This document shows, in pieces, positions 11,318-23,789 of a DNA stretch of 64,000 nt. The notes under the pieces are model-generated. The model had not been told where the DNA came from. It saw only the letters and a list, made by a program, of their open reading frames with translations, and ran no database searches. Source of the stretch: Octopus sinensis (lineage: Eukaryota); assembly GCF_006345805.1 (NCBI RefSeq), contig NC_043013.1, forward strand, positions 43,772,001 to 43,836,000, written 5' to 3'. How positions within the stretch are numbered: position 1 is the stretch's first letter; every line of letters begins with the position of its first letter. Position numbers and translations under genes: made by a program.

Positions 11318-13024
11318 CAAAGATATTAACGAGCTGACGATGGAGGAAATTGTCAACTTTATGAAAGAACAATTCGACCCAAAACGTTTCATTGTGCGAG
11401 AACGTTTCAAGATCTGGAGTGACATGCAACGAAAGCCAGGCGAAACTCTTAAGGGGATGGCAGCGTTTATACGTCAAGACGCTGCTGCCTATGACTTTCT
11501 TTCGATCACAGACCCTGAAGATGAAGCTCTTAGACAGAGATTCATATGTTCTGTCAACAATGAAGCTGTTTTGAAGACTCTTTTCGAGATCAAGGACACA
11601 GTGCTAGACTTGCCCGTGCTGTCCAAGTTGCGATTGAGACCGAAGACCCGGCGATGGTTGCCAAGGAAACTGCTTACGGTTCGAAGACCAGTCCTGTCAA
11701 CGAGGACAAGCAGAGACAGAACAAGGGTCAACGAATAACCCACCAGCAGTACTAATTCCACAGATCCTGAGTTGAAGTATTACAGATGTGGAAAGGCCCA
11801 TAAAGTGACAGACTGCCCCTGCAAAGAAGTCAATGCCATTTTTGTGACAAGAAAGGACATTTGGAAGCTGTAAGAAGAAGCAAGGACAGCAACGGAAACA
11901 TCGTCCCCAACCTTCCGTCAAGAGAATCACGAAAGCAGAGCTTGTCAAAATAATCTTCGATGAAGTTCCCGACGATACTTCTAGGTTAGTTGTGCCAATC
12001 ACAATCCAGAACTGACAGTTCACGATGGAACTGGACACTGCAATTACGGGAAATTTCGTTTCTTTGCTGGTCTGGAAACAACTAGGAAAACTGAAGCTGG
12101 ATTGTATCAGACTTCGTTACGAGTCTACCAGCAAGCACGACCTGCCCGTGCAAGGAACTTTTATGGACCAAATCAAGGATCCAATGACTGATAAACAAAG
12201 CTCAACTCCTTACATAGTCACTGAGATCCCTGACCCGAACTTGCTGGGACGAAACGCTATCCAGACACTGGGAATCTCTGTAGACAATGCTCTTGGGCTG
12301 AGATGCACAGAGAGTCAAGACAAGAGTGTGGGTGCAAGAACATCGCATCCTAAGACCTCTAACAAGCCTTATACTTCCCTGCCTTAAAGATTTCAAACTG
12401 GAAGTAAAGTTCAAGACTAATGCGAAGCCAGTTTTTCACAAGGCACAACCGGTTCCGTTCGCTCTTCGTGATGACATGGTCAAAGGTTACGAAGGAAGCA
12501 TCGCCAAAGGTGTCTTGAAGCAAGTCCAGTTCAACGAATATGGAACACCAGTGGTACCGATTCAGAAGGCACATAGTCCGGGCACCCCGAAGCTCATGTT
12601 TCGGATCAATAGCGACTACTCTGTATCAACGGTCAACTAGAGGGACACCGTCATCCAATGCCGTTCTCAGAGGAACTGATGCAGAAGCTAGGAGGTGGAT
12701 GCGGTTACATGAAGATTGACCTTGCTGATGCCTACAACCAGAACAAGCTGGTACCAGAGAGTCAACGAAGGCTAGCCCTCAGCACTCACCGGGGAGTACT
12801 CCTGCAGCAACGACTCCCATTTGGAATCAAGTCAGCGCCTGGTTACTACCAGGAGATCGTGGAGATCCTAACCAGTGATCAGCCTGGAGTTGCCGTCTTC
12901 CAAAACGATATGCTCATCAGTGGGCAAGACGCCAATGATCACTTGAGTAACCTGAGGCGTTTGCTCTCTCGTCTGACCGACAAAGATACCGATAGAATAA
13001 ACACCAGACTTTAAAAAATGGTAA

Positions 13025-13314
13025 ATTTATAGTTTCCCACCAGACTCGATTTCGGTACAAAATAATTTTTCTCGCGGTTTTTGGGGGTGCAATCGTCTTA
13101 GTTGACCTCGCAAGCTGTCGGAAAGGCATTCTTTCCGCGGAAAACGGAGGGGTGGGGTGGGATGTACCCTTGGAAATCCTCCGACCCCGATTTCACCGGA
13201 ATTATTTTTTCAACGTTTTTTTTTTATGGTCTCATCTTTCTTGACCTCCTAATATATCGCAAATGCATTTTTTCTGAGTATATATTATATACGTCACAAA
13301 AATACTGTCCAGTA
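13025..13314 (-). repeat. Unclassified repeat, copy 2 (longest)
   Basis: Inverted relative to 11159-11317 and extends about 135 bp further. Confidence 0.8.
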
Positions 13315-13799
13315 ATAGTAAACAGGATTTGTGCTGGACACCACAGATGCACACATACGCACACAAAACATTGAACGTTTTTGGGCGAGATTTAAAAGGA
13401 TGGATAAAAAGGCTGGATATTCGTTCAAACTGTCTACACCAGTACCTGGCCAGGTATTTACTTATCTCTGCTATTGAAAAAAAAAAAATTGCTGCACCAA
13501 TTTTTTATTGAGGCAGCAAAATTATATACACCCCTCGCTAGTAAAGAATTGATTCCAGCACAAATCCGGAGACAGAAGATATACAGGACTGCCCTCTAAC
13601 TGCATAAGGTAAGTTAATTATTTTCAAATTTTAAATTTTAAGGCCAGTTAGTTTGATATGTTTCATTAAAATCTTTGTAAATTACTTCCCTGTACCCAAA
13701 ATGTGCTGCAAAATTTTGTTTTATCGATTAATCTATGGCAAAAATTCATTTACTTTATATTATAAGATCAATTAAGATAACAAAAAAAAAACGCTCCTC

Positions 13800-14385
13800 T
13801 GTTTCCCACAGAAAAAAATGCATTTGCGGTATATAAAGGCGGCGAGCTGGCAGAAACGTTAGCACGCCGGGCGAAGTGCTTTGCGGTATTTCGTCTGCCG
13901 TTACGTTCTGAGTTCAAATTCCGCCGAGGTCGACTTTGCCTTTCATCCTTTCGGTGTCGATAAATTAAAGTACCAGTTACGCACTGGGGTCGATGTAATC
14001 GACTTAATACCTATGTCTGTCCTTGTTTGTCCCCTCTATGTTTAGCCCCTTGTGGGTAGTAAACAAATAGGTATTTCGTCTGCCGTTACGTTCTGAGTTC
14101 AAATTCCGCCGAGGTCGACTTTGCCTTTCATCCTTTCGGGGTCGATAAATTAAAGAACCAGTTACGCACTGGGGTCGATGTAATCGACTTAATACCTATG
14201 TCTGTCCTTGTTTGTCCCCTCTATGTTTAGCCCCTTGTGGGTAATAAAGAAATAGGTATATTAGGAGGTCAACTAAGATGATAACATAAAAAAAAAAAAA
14301 ACGTTGAAAAAAAAATTCTGGTGAAATCGGGGCCGGAGGATTTCCGAAGGTGCATCCCACCCCACGCCCTCCGTTTTCCACTGAA
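13800..14385 (+). repeat. Unclassified repeat, copy 3, split by a SINE C dimer
   Basis: GAAAAAAATGCATTTGCGGTATAT...TAGGAGGTCAACTAAGATG...GGTGCATCCCACCCCAC. Confidence 0.75.
13838..14254 (+). mobile_element. SINE family C, dimeric form
   Basis: One head plus two ~185-bp bodies joined at AAATA|GGTATTTCGTCTGCC; short TSD GGTATAT. Confidence 0.92.
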
Positions 14386-14734
14386 AAAAATGCATGTTCA
14401 ATATTCTGTTAATGTTTCTGTTGCTTATCCATATTACCATGGCTATCTAGTTTATCTTTAGGATGCAATTTCTCTTAGAATGCGAATGGCCAATGCAACG
14501 GAGTACCAGGATGCTGGTTGTCGTTTTCTTTTACCAGTTTCAGTATTCCAACTGTTTGTAGCCATACTGGAGCACCATCTTGACGGGTTTAGTCGAACAA
14601 ATCGATTCCAGTACTTTACCAATATTTAATCAATAAACTTAACCCCACCCCTAAAATTACAGGCCTTGGATTTTGTTAAATTTAACAAGATCACTGGCCT
14701 TTTTGCCAAAATTTGGAAATATCTTTACTATTAA

Positions 14735-14945
14735 GTGCGTGAGCGAGTAGAAATGCTGACCGAACAAAATGCTCCGCAGTATTTCATCTGTCTTTACGTT
14801 CTAAGTTCAGATTCCGCCGCGGTCGACTTTACTTTCCATCCCTTTCGAGATTTATAAAGTAAGTACCTGTAGAGCATTGGGGTCGGTGTAATCCACTTAG
14901 TCCCTCCACCAAAATTTCGGGCCTTATGCCTATAGTAGAAAGGAT
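14735..14945 (+). mobile_element. SINE family C, diverged copy
   Basis: Degenerate head and body. Confidence 0.7.
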
Positions 14946-15006
14946 TATAATTACTATTATATTAATAAAATTTATTGTAATATTTTTAACTGGTTTCTAA
15001 GTTAAC

Positions 15007-15087
<81 letters not shown>

Positions 15088-15089
<2 letters not shown>

Positions 15090-15365
15090 TTACGACGGCG
15101 TTCTGTCAGTTTCCGTTTATTAAATCCACTCACAAGGCTTTGGTCGACTCTAGGCTATAGTAGAGGACACTTGCCGAAGGTAAAAACGCGGTGGGACTAA
15201 ACCGGGAACCATGTGGTTGTGAAGCAAGCTTCTTATCACACAGCCACGTCTGGGCCTCTACCACACCTCGTCTACGCCTCCAAACAGCCACGCCTGCGCC
15301 CCCACACAGCCACGCCTGCGCCTCCAAACAGCCACGCCTGTGCCCCCACACAGCCACGCCTGTGC
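15088..15365 (-). mobile_element. SINE family A 5' half with a tandemly amplified A-box region
   Basis: 22-bp unit GGCGCAGGCGTGGCTGTGTGGG repeated about 4 times, plus a degenerate unit, at 15240-15365. Confidence 0.85.
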
Positions 15366-15444
<79 letters not shown>

Positions 15445-15989
15445 ATATATATATATGTATGTTTCAAAATATTGGTATTAACTTTACATTAAGGAGTGGA
15501 ACGTACAATTTCCTGTTATTCAGAGTGCCTCATGGTCCCAGCAGACAAAATAGAAAAGGCGTTGCCCCCGAAGGATGGTAAAGGAGGGATGCGCTAGAAC
15601 AACCAATCTGACTCACGGGGTTTATAAAAGTGACACAGATACTAACTCGCAAAGTCACAATTAATATTGACGATTAATCAGCGAAATTAATTCCTGCCAG
15701 TCACCATCTGTATGTGGGTAGGAACAAATAATATCATACAATAGGAATTTATATAGGGTCATGGAGTCAGCTACTAACGGGGGTACAACAAAACCCGAGT
15801 AGCGACTAAAACAAACTAAAACAACAGGACTTGCCTCGTGGTATACAGGATTGGTTGCTTTAGTATCAGCTGGTTTTCAAGTGATTTGATGAATCAAATC
15901 CGAATTGTACTGAGTAGCATAGAAACAGGCTATTCAAAAGTTCGCTCGGTACTCGATACCTAAACATTCAAACATTCTTGGGCCGGAAA

Positions 15990-16011
15990 CTGAAAGAAGC
16001 GTATATATGTA

Positions 16012-16059
<48 letters not shown>

Positions 16060-16231
16060 TGTCCAACATTGCTTGACAATTGATGCTGGTGCGTTTACGT
16101 CCCCGTAACCTAGCGGTTCGGCCAAAAAGACAGATAAAATAAGTACTAGGCTTACAAAGACAAGGGTCAATTTGTTCGACTAAAGGCGATTGTTCCAGCA
16201 TGGCCGCAGTCAAAGACTGAAACAAATAAAA

Positions 16232-16235
<4 letters not shown>
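15990..16235 (+). mobile_element. SINE family A, 3' half
   Basis: Matches the family tail. Confidence 0.85.
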
Positions 16236-16319
<84 letters not shown>

Positions 16320-16400
16320 TAATATATATAGTATATATATATATATATATATGAAAAAACAAGTCAAAAATATAAAATGCTAAAATAATTTTATAGTGAA

Positions 16401-16448
16401 CATTTCAGTACCGGTTTCGGTCATTTTGAGACCTTTTCAACTGTAACG
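16401..16448 (-). ncRNA. Minimal type I hammerhead ribozyme motif, U3-A8 core variant
   Basis: Minus strand reads CGTTACAG-TTGAAAA-GGTC-tcaaaat-GACC-GAAA-CCGGT-A-CTGAAATG; palindromic helix III (ACCGGT); GUA cleavage triplet. Confidence 0.7.
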
Positions 16449-16799
16449 ATTAAATAATTAAATTTAGAAAAATTAGAAGAAAAGTTTTTTTAATGGAATA
16501 TTTCTATAGTAGTGTTCAGATATAAGTGGCATTCTGCCTTTCTCTGACTCCCTTGTTTGCACTTGTGTGTTCGAGGTCGTTGTGAGTTCTTGGTAGAGTA
16601 GAAGAAGAAGAAGGCTGATGGGGGTGGGAAAATCTGGGAGTGCCCTGATGGTCGTATTTTGAATGGTCAGTGGCGGCTAGCAGTCGCAGTTCAATTCAGG
16701 AGAATATTTCTATTGAAAGGCTTGTTTATGGAATTTGCGTAGGTGTTATACTAAAAAACATTAGTGACAAAGTTAAGGGGTAAAGGTGGAGAAAAGTAG

Positions 16800-17045
16800 A
16801 GGAATAAGAAGAAGAAGAGAAGAAGAAGAAGAAGAAGAAAAGAAGAAGAAGACGATGTTGATGAATGATGAAGAAGAAGAAGAAGAGGAAGAAAAGAAGA
16901 AGAAGAAGAAGAAGAAAGAAGAAGAAGAAGAAGAAGAGAAGAAAAGAAGGAAGATGATATGATGATGATGGTGGTGATGATGATGACGACGATGATGATG
17001 ATAATGATATGATGAAGAAGAAGAGGAAGAAGAGAAAAAACAGAG
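16800..17045. repeat. (GAA)n/(GAT)n microsatellite inside the PLE 3' region
   Basis: Direct inspection. Confidence 0.95.
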
Positions 17046-18172
17046 AAGGGTGAGATATGAAGGGTGAAAGTAGTGAGGTGTTGTATGACTTGAAGGGCAT
17101 GTTATGGAGTATAGCTGTGATTGGGGCTGATTAGTAATGGATTCTTTGGAATGTAATATTTGTGTGTGTATATTTCTTTTATTCTAAAGTTGAGGTATAT
17201 TAATTGTTTGTCGTAGACCCGTTTAAGAAGTGGCCTGTATTTTGTAATAAAGAGAGTTTCTTTACTTATTCGTTGTCTCGAGGTTGTATCGTCCCTAAAT
17301 TGGTAGAGGGGGAAATCCTGAAGCTTGGTGTTTTTTTGTTGGCGCAAGTATCTATGTGTTGGCTAAAAGCTATTTTTCTGTTTTGGGGAATTTTTATCTG
17401 GGATCTGTGCAGGCGCCATTCGTTTACGCAAACTATTTTTTGTTTGGCCTATGTACTGCTCTTGACACCCCGGGCGTTAGTGAGTATATTAGGTTCTCCG
17501 AAGCACATGTGAAGTTGCTTTTCACTGTAAACCGTTGTCCCTGTTTGAAGGAGAACTCTGATCCCTCAATTAGATAGTCGCATATCCCGCAATTGGGTCT
17601 TCCACATTTTTTTACTGTCGGCTTCTGTGTTGAAGAGTGAATTCCCGCAATTGGGTCTTCCACATTTTTTTACTGTCGGCTTCTGTGTTGAGAGTGAATT
17701 CGGGCTTCTGTTAGGAGACTTTTCATGGATTTAGGCTGTCTCTTGCTTTTTATGATCGTGTGTGTTTGGAGGATTGTGTTCATTCTGTGGTCTTTTTTTA
17801 GGAGGGGTATGTTGTGGAGGAGGTGCCGAAGGCTTCGTTATTGAGAGGGTTGTGTGTGGAGATGTATGGTAAGGCTTTTGGTTGTAAGTTTTTCTTTGAT
17901 TGGGATGTCTCAGTTCCTTGATGTTAAGTTGAAGGGCACGTTGAATGCACTTGTCAATAAGTGAAGGTGGATAGTTCCTGGTGATAAGGGTATCTTTAGT
18001 TCTTGTAGTCGTGTGTCTCTGGTTTTTGCGTTAGAGACTATAGTGCATATCCTTTTTGCTAGATTGAAGGGGATATTCATCCTGGTGTGTCTGGGGTGGC
18101 ATGATTGAATGGAAGATATTGCTTAGTCTGTGGCTTATAATATATGTCTGTTTCTATTTTATTATTAGCTTT

Positions 18173-18174
<2 letters not shown>

Positions 18175-18265
<91 letters not shown>

Positions 18266-18288
18266 GTATATATATATATATACGTCTG

Positions 18289-18348
<60 letters not shown>

Positions 18349-18525
18349 GTGAGTCGCGCGTTTGTTTCCCACGTGTGTGCGTTTGACAACGTACTTTGCG
18401 GTTCAGCAGAATAAACCGTTAAAATAAGTATCAGGTTTTAAAAAGAAGTGTTGGGATCGATTCGTTCGACTAAAAACTCATCAAGGCGGTGACCAGCATG
18501 GCCACATTCTAATGACTGAAACGAA
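18175..18525 (+). repeat. (TA)n tract followed by a SINE A 3' half
   Basis: Direct inspection. Confidence 0.85.
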
Positions 18526-19024
18526 GTTGGCGAGAGAGGTTTTCGGAGGTTGGCGAGAAAGATTGTCGGAGGTTGGTGAGAGAGGTTGTCGGAGGTTGGC
18601 GAGAGGCTAAGACATTATTCTACTTAGCAAAGGCATCTGGGAAATGTATAAATGCTGTCATTCACAGGAAAACTATTGTTTTACCGTGAGAAAAGTGCTG
18701 TTGAAGTGTTAAGTGAAATTTGGCAATCGAGGATCGAATCCACGCTATGCCTGCATGAAGCCACTACAAATACGTTGTGGAATAAAAAATTTATCTACTG
18801 TCATGGAAAAAGTGTAACTGTAAAAATGCAGAATTATCGGAGTAATGGGCTTTCAAAAAAGTATGTATGTATAGAAATGTATCAATGAAGTCTTTAAGGT
18901 TTAAGATTCAAATTAAGGAAGTGCAATAATAATGTTTAGCAGTTCAAATCTGAGTAGTGAAATGCAGAATTAGTTCGGCTGATCGTGAGATTCAAATAGT
19001 GATCGCTTCGTTAAAAACTGCAGG

Positions 19025-19532
19025 TGGTATGGGGTATTTCCCTTGGGCTGTTTAAATAAAATATTAGTAATATGTAGTAGATAGAAGGATCCATTGGAGG
19101 GGCCCTATTATTTTTTTCAACAATCTGAGTATGTCACGATGTTTCCAGGCATGAGTTCTACTCATGTGTCAAATAAAATATAAAAGTGATATTGTTTGCA
19201 AAAATTAGAAATAGGACACACCAAAAATCAATATTCAAAGTAATCGAACATATTGAAATGGGTTATTTCCCTTGGGTGTTTAAAAAATATTGTGGACATG
19301 CTATGGTTTATTTCCCTTGGGTGTATAAAAAACTTAGTTATATGAGGTAGACATAAAAGTCCCTTCCAGGGGCCGTATTATCGATTTTTCAACAATCTAA
19401 GTATGTCACGCGGTTTCTAGACATGAGTTCAACCCATGTGTCAAGTTTCATCAAAACCAATAACACGATGTAGGAGATGTTAGCTAACAACGCCATAAAC
19501 AAACACACACCGATTTTCCACACATGTAGTGG

Positions 19533-19565
<33 letters not shown>
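19025..19565 (+). mobile_element. Helentron/DINE-1-like (HINE-like) non-autonomous element
   Basis: Internal ~130-bp core present twice, then CAAGTTTCATCAAAA...GGAGATG..., then a (CA)n tract; this matches the HINE layout from memory. Confidence 0.5.
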
Positions 19566-19703
19566 AGGTTGTGCTCCAGCATCGCCTCAGTCAAAATGAC
19601 TGAAACAAGAAAAGATTATGTGTGTGTGTGTGTGTGTGTTGTGTGTGTGTATGTGTGTGTGTGTGTGTGTGTGCGTGCGTGCGTGTGTGTGTGTGTGTGT
19701 GTG

Positions 19704-19739
<36 letters not shown>

Positions 19740-20511
19740 AACGGATTAAATTAAATTAGTAAAGAATAATATGAGATGTCAGCGTTGTAATCAGTTTGTA
19801 AGGATTGTTTCTTCGTTGATTGCTATTATGTAAAGATGAAAGAACAGTGATTGAATATGTGAAGAAAATATTTATTTTTACCGTCACATCGACGGACAGA
19901 TGATAAAATCCTAGAGCATGCGAAGTAAAAAAGTTAATTTCGGCCTGTCTGTTCTTATTGTAGTAGTAAACCATAGAGAGAGATATGGCAATATGCAGAG
20001 GAGACAAAATGAGTTAGTGAAAGTGAGAGAGTATGGGGAGTTGGATCTCATAGCTGCCGATAGTAAATTTCATTTCTCCATTTGACCATTGCCTTTAGTA
20101 GCTGCCTTGCTTATGATCATGATTCTAGCGTTCCGCTCCCTAACTGATGGTAGCTGTCTCTGACTCGAGTTGTCATTTATTAACTAAATGATTGAGTTGT
20201 CACCAAGTGACTAACTGATTTTTTGCTTGGGGTTCTTGCTTTTATAGCTATCCAGAAGAATAGACATATCGTTGAAAACAATAGTTTTCGCAGGTGGTCT
20301 GTGATATCTCTATTCTAGCTTTTGTTGAAGTAGAAGAGGTTAGAAAGGTCAAGTGGTAAAGACATTATTTCGTTCTAGCTAAGGCATCTGGCAAATATAA
20401 AATTGCTGTCACAGAAAAACTATTGTTCCACCGTGAGAAAAGTTCTGTTGAAGTTTTAATTTAAATCTGGCTATGGTGGATCGAATCCACTTCCTTCCTC
20501 CTAGATCCACT

Positions 20512-20548
<37 letters not shown>

Positions 20549-21913
20549 CACACATTTAGTGCAACAAATTACATACAACCTACAGCAGTGTTTCCCAACC
20601 TGTAGTCTGCGGACCCCTGGTGATCCGCAAAGGTAGTAGTGGGGGGGGGGACATGTTAAGCTGACAGACCTTTCAATATCCTGGGGTTCCTGGGAAAACT
20701 CATTTATATGAAAGAAGTCCTTGGTAGTGAAAAGGTTAGGAATTAGTGACTTGCAGTATGTAAAAATAAGGACCAGCACAATATATGTTTAACTGTATTT
20801 GGGAGTTTACTTAATTCTGAGTGTTCAACATGACTCAGCAGTCATAAATAAATGCGGAAACTTCTGAGAATAGCAGATAGATATCTCACTTAAGCACTTA
20901 AAGCACAGACCCACTTCACTTTTAGAAGTATTTTGAAGAGACTGGATGTTGTCAATTTGATTTCAACAACAAAAACTATCTAAATATTCGTCAATCTTCG
21001 GAATATTCTGTAAGCTGTTGAATCACTTTTTATTCAACATCATGGACAAATGTGCACAGTTAAGACCAGTGTATCAGTTGCAGAGAGAAAAAAAACTGCT
21101 TTATTCAGCTGTGGTTATAAATTGGGCCTACAAACACAATTGTGTTCCAACCTTTTTGTTTCTTCGAAACTTTCAATGAAAATTTTAATGAAAATTGCTA
21201 CAAATGCGATGGTGTAAATTAGGATTATATCGGAATTTAATGCATGAAGGGTGGGGGGAAGGATCTCTTTAAATTTCTTCCAGCAACTTGGTTTCTCAAT
21301 TATTCATCAGATTATTTCAAAGTCTAGAGTGCTAATGTAATTTTCCGTGCTGGTTACGACATTTGCATTCATAAAAAAGTTACTGTATTTATGTAATTTT
21401 AACCACTCAGCAGCCCACATTGCCAGAGAGACCGTATGTCGAGACTGTTTGTCTCCATGGGAACAGCACATAGGAAATCTTTACGTGGTCTCTCGACCTA
21501 CTAGAGATAGCAGCCAAATCTTCCTTGAATTACACATAACGTTCATCAAAAACGACAAAACATTGTACCACAGGACCGTTTATTTCCTCGCCCTATTGCT
21601 TTCCTCTTGTTGATTCATAACATTTAAATTATAATCAATCTCTACTGGTGTAACATTTTATGCAGGGCCATCTCATGACTTTTAGATGCCCCCTGAAACT
21701 TTTTGTTTCGAGGGCCTCTCTCTTCAATCAAAATTCATAATCTACGCACCTTTATTATCTGCAAAAATCAAACGTAGTCCTTTACAGCTTGTTGTATTTT
21801 AGAATCATTACAGCAGGATTTGCTATTAGGATTCTAAAATAAAACATATTTAAAAAAAACTAACGGTATATTTTTACTACCTCTCTGTACCTAGATAGAT
21901 ACACACACACAAA

Positions 21914-21979
<66 letters not shown>

Positions 21980-22149
21980 CGCGCCTTGTTTTTGGGACCG
22001 AAAGAATTTTGTCTCCAGTTTCTATTGCTTCAGGAGGTCAAAGGCCACTGTTCTGGGTATAAAGTGACCAGCTTTACGACGTTATGTAACAATGCCAAAT
22101 ACATACATACATGTGTGTATGTGTGTGTGTGTGTGTTTGTTTTGATATT

Positions 22150-23190
22150 AAGGACATTACTACACGTAAATGCCTCACTTCTTATTAATAAGTGCAATGT
22201 TTCTTTCCAGGTAAACTAACATTTGACTGTTCACAGAACACTTCAAAAGTAACTAGTAGCACCTTCTCTTGAAAATGGGTAAAATTTGGTATTATTCTGT
22301 TACTTGCAGAAAAATGGTTTAAGCTCCCAATGACATTCATGCTAATACTGTTGCTGTATTACGGGATGATGCTCCAGCTTTACCAACGGTACAAAAATGG
22401 GCAGCAGAACTTAGGAAGGGAGGGGAGAAGAAGACCCAAAATCTGGACATCCTGCTACTGCCACCACCGAAGAAAACATTGATCGTGTTCACCACATGGT
22501 GATGGATAGCAGGCGATTGACTATAAATCAAATAGCCAATGCTATTAGCATATTCCATGAGAGCGCTGAGAATATTCTGCGCAATGAACTAGACATAACG
22601 AATATATATATTAAGGGCATTACTACACGTAAATGCCTCACACTGAGACTCTTAAAGTCAAAACTACCATAATAAATACAGTGTACCGATCATGTGTCTT
22701 GATTACGCCTGCACTGACGATTAGAAAATGTATTTTGTACACTAACTATGAAATCATATGATTTGCGGCTAAATCTGTTTTCCAAAAATACTCGGTAGGT
22801 GCCATGTTTTCTGATCCCTGATCAAAAGCGCGCCAGGCTAATTACTTCACGGGAAACGTTTGAGGCAGATTCAGCTGGTTTCCTTGAACGCTTCGAAAAC
22901 CAAGATGAATGTTGGCTTAATCACTTTGAGTCAGAGACAAAGAGACAATCTATGCAGTGGAAGCATCCTTCCTCAACCGTTTCAAAGAAGGTCAAGGTCG
23001 TTTCATTTGCAGGGAAGGTGATGATCTCAGTTTTTTTTTTTATGATTCAAAAGGCATTGTGTTTATTGACTATCGTCAAAAGGACCCCAGCATCAATGGA
23101 GAATACAATGCCAACTGGCTGAGGCATTTATAAAAGGCTATCAAATCCAAAGAGCCAGGAAAACTGACAAAATGGGTCTTGTTTGATCAG
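22150..23190 (+). mobile_element. Decayed mariner (DD34D-type) transposase with a ~190-bp insert at about 22602-22790
   Basis: PALPTVQKWAAELRKG...TTEENIDRVHHMVMDSRRLTINQIA; QDECWLNHFESETKRQSMQWKHPSS...AGKVMISVF. Confidence 0.88.
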
Positions 23191-23698
23191 GTGTTGAATC
23201 GTGTTTGTGCTACGCGTGTGGAATTAGCTCTGTTTTCGCGAGAGTAATAACATTGTCTGGCAGATTGTTTCGAAAATTTTGAGTTCATTCTCATTTTGGC
23301 GTACATGGCCGATATTTTCGAAGCACTTAATCATCTCAATCGACAGATGCAGGGCGGTGGAGTCAACATCATTGAAGCAGAAGAAAACCTGAAGGCGTTT
23401 AAAGAAGAGCTACCTTTATGGAAACAACGAACAGAGAATGATAACTTCGCAAACTCTCCTCTACAGGACGACTGTGTAAGTAAGATCGAAGATTTGCCTG
23501 GAACTTGAGACATTTCTGTACCGGGGAGCTGAAGCAAGCAACTGCCATGCACTTAGATGAGCTTGTACCAGAAAACCATGTCCAGCATGGGGTGACAGCC
23601 GTTCACGTTTAGTGTTGTGACAGCAGATGCCAATGATGAATACCTCGACGAAATCATTGAACTTCAGCAGAGCCAGCTTCAGCAGCAGCTCTTCAGAA
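23191..23698 (+). mobile_element. hAT (Buster/Charlie-like) transposase fragment
   Basis: LAYMADIFEALNHLNRQMQGGG..NLKAFKEELPLWKQR; DEYLDEIIELQQS. Confidence 0.8.
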
Positions 23699-23765
23699 CA
23701 GTGGTTCCCAACGTTTCGGCACTCGCGACCCTTACCCAAAAGCTTGAAACCCACGCGACCCCTTA
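23699..23765. mobile_element. Left end of a hAT-type MITE
   Basis: Begins CAGTGGTTCCCAAC. Confidence 0.5.
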
Positions 23766-23789
23766 CTATCAGTATCTTGATTTACATTT

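Larger units (their letters stand above)
10396..12980 (+). mobile_element. Decayed Ty3/gypsy gag-pro-RT, interrupted by a SINE and a 160-bp insert, 3'-truncated
   Basis: gag PPFAAFDSTSEL...PKDINELTMEEIVNFMKEQFDPKRFIVRERF; degenerate double zinc knuckle near 11780-11870; protease ELDTA at about 12028; RT KIDLADAYNQ, RLPFGIKSAPG, YxDD decayed to FQND; many stops and frameshifts. Confidence 0.92.
16353..18175 (-). mobile_element. 5'-truncated Penelope-like element (Neptune-like): RT C-terminus, GIY-YIG endonuclease and pseudo-LTR
   Basis: [24 protein letters not shown]; SKRQPKSMKSLL; Cys linker KCGRPNCGICDYL; frameshifted NLIYSLT..PGCQEQYIGQTK; hammerhead motif in the 3' end; (TA)n on both sides. 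Confidence 0.9.

Noticed and set aside
15240-18607. Short regular repeats as possible CRISPR arrays
   Set aside because: Head-to-tail with no unique spacers, no cas genes, eukaryotic context.
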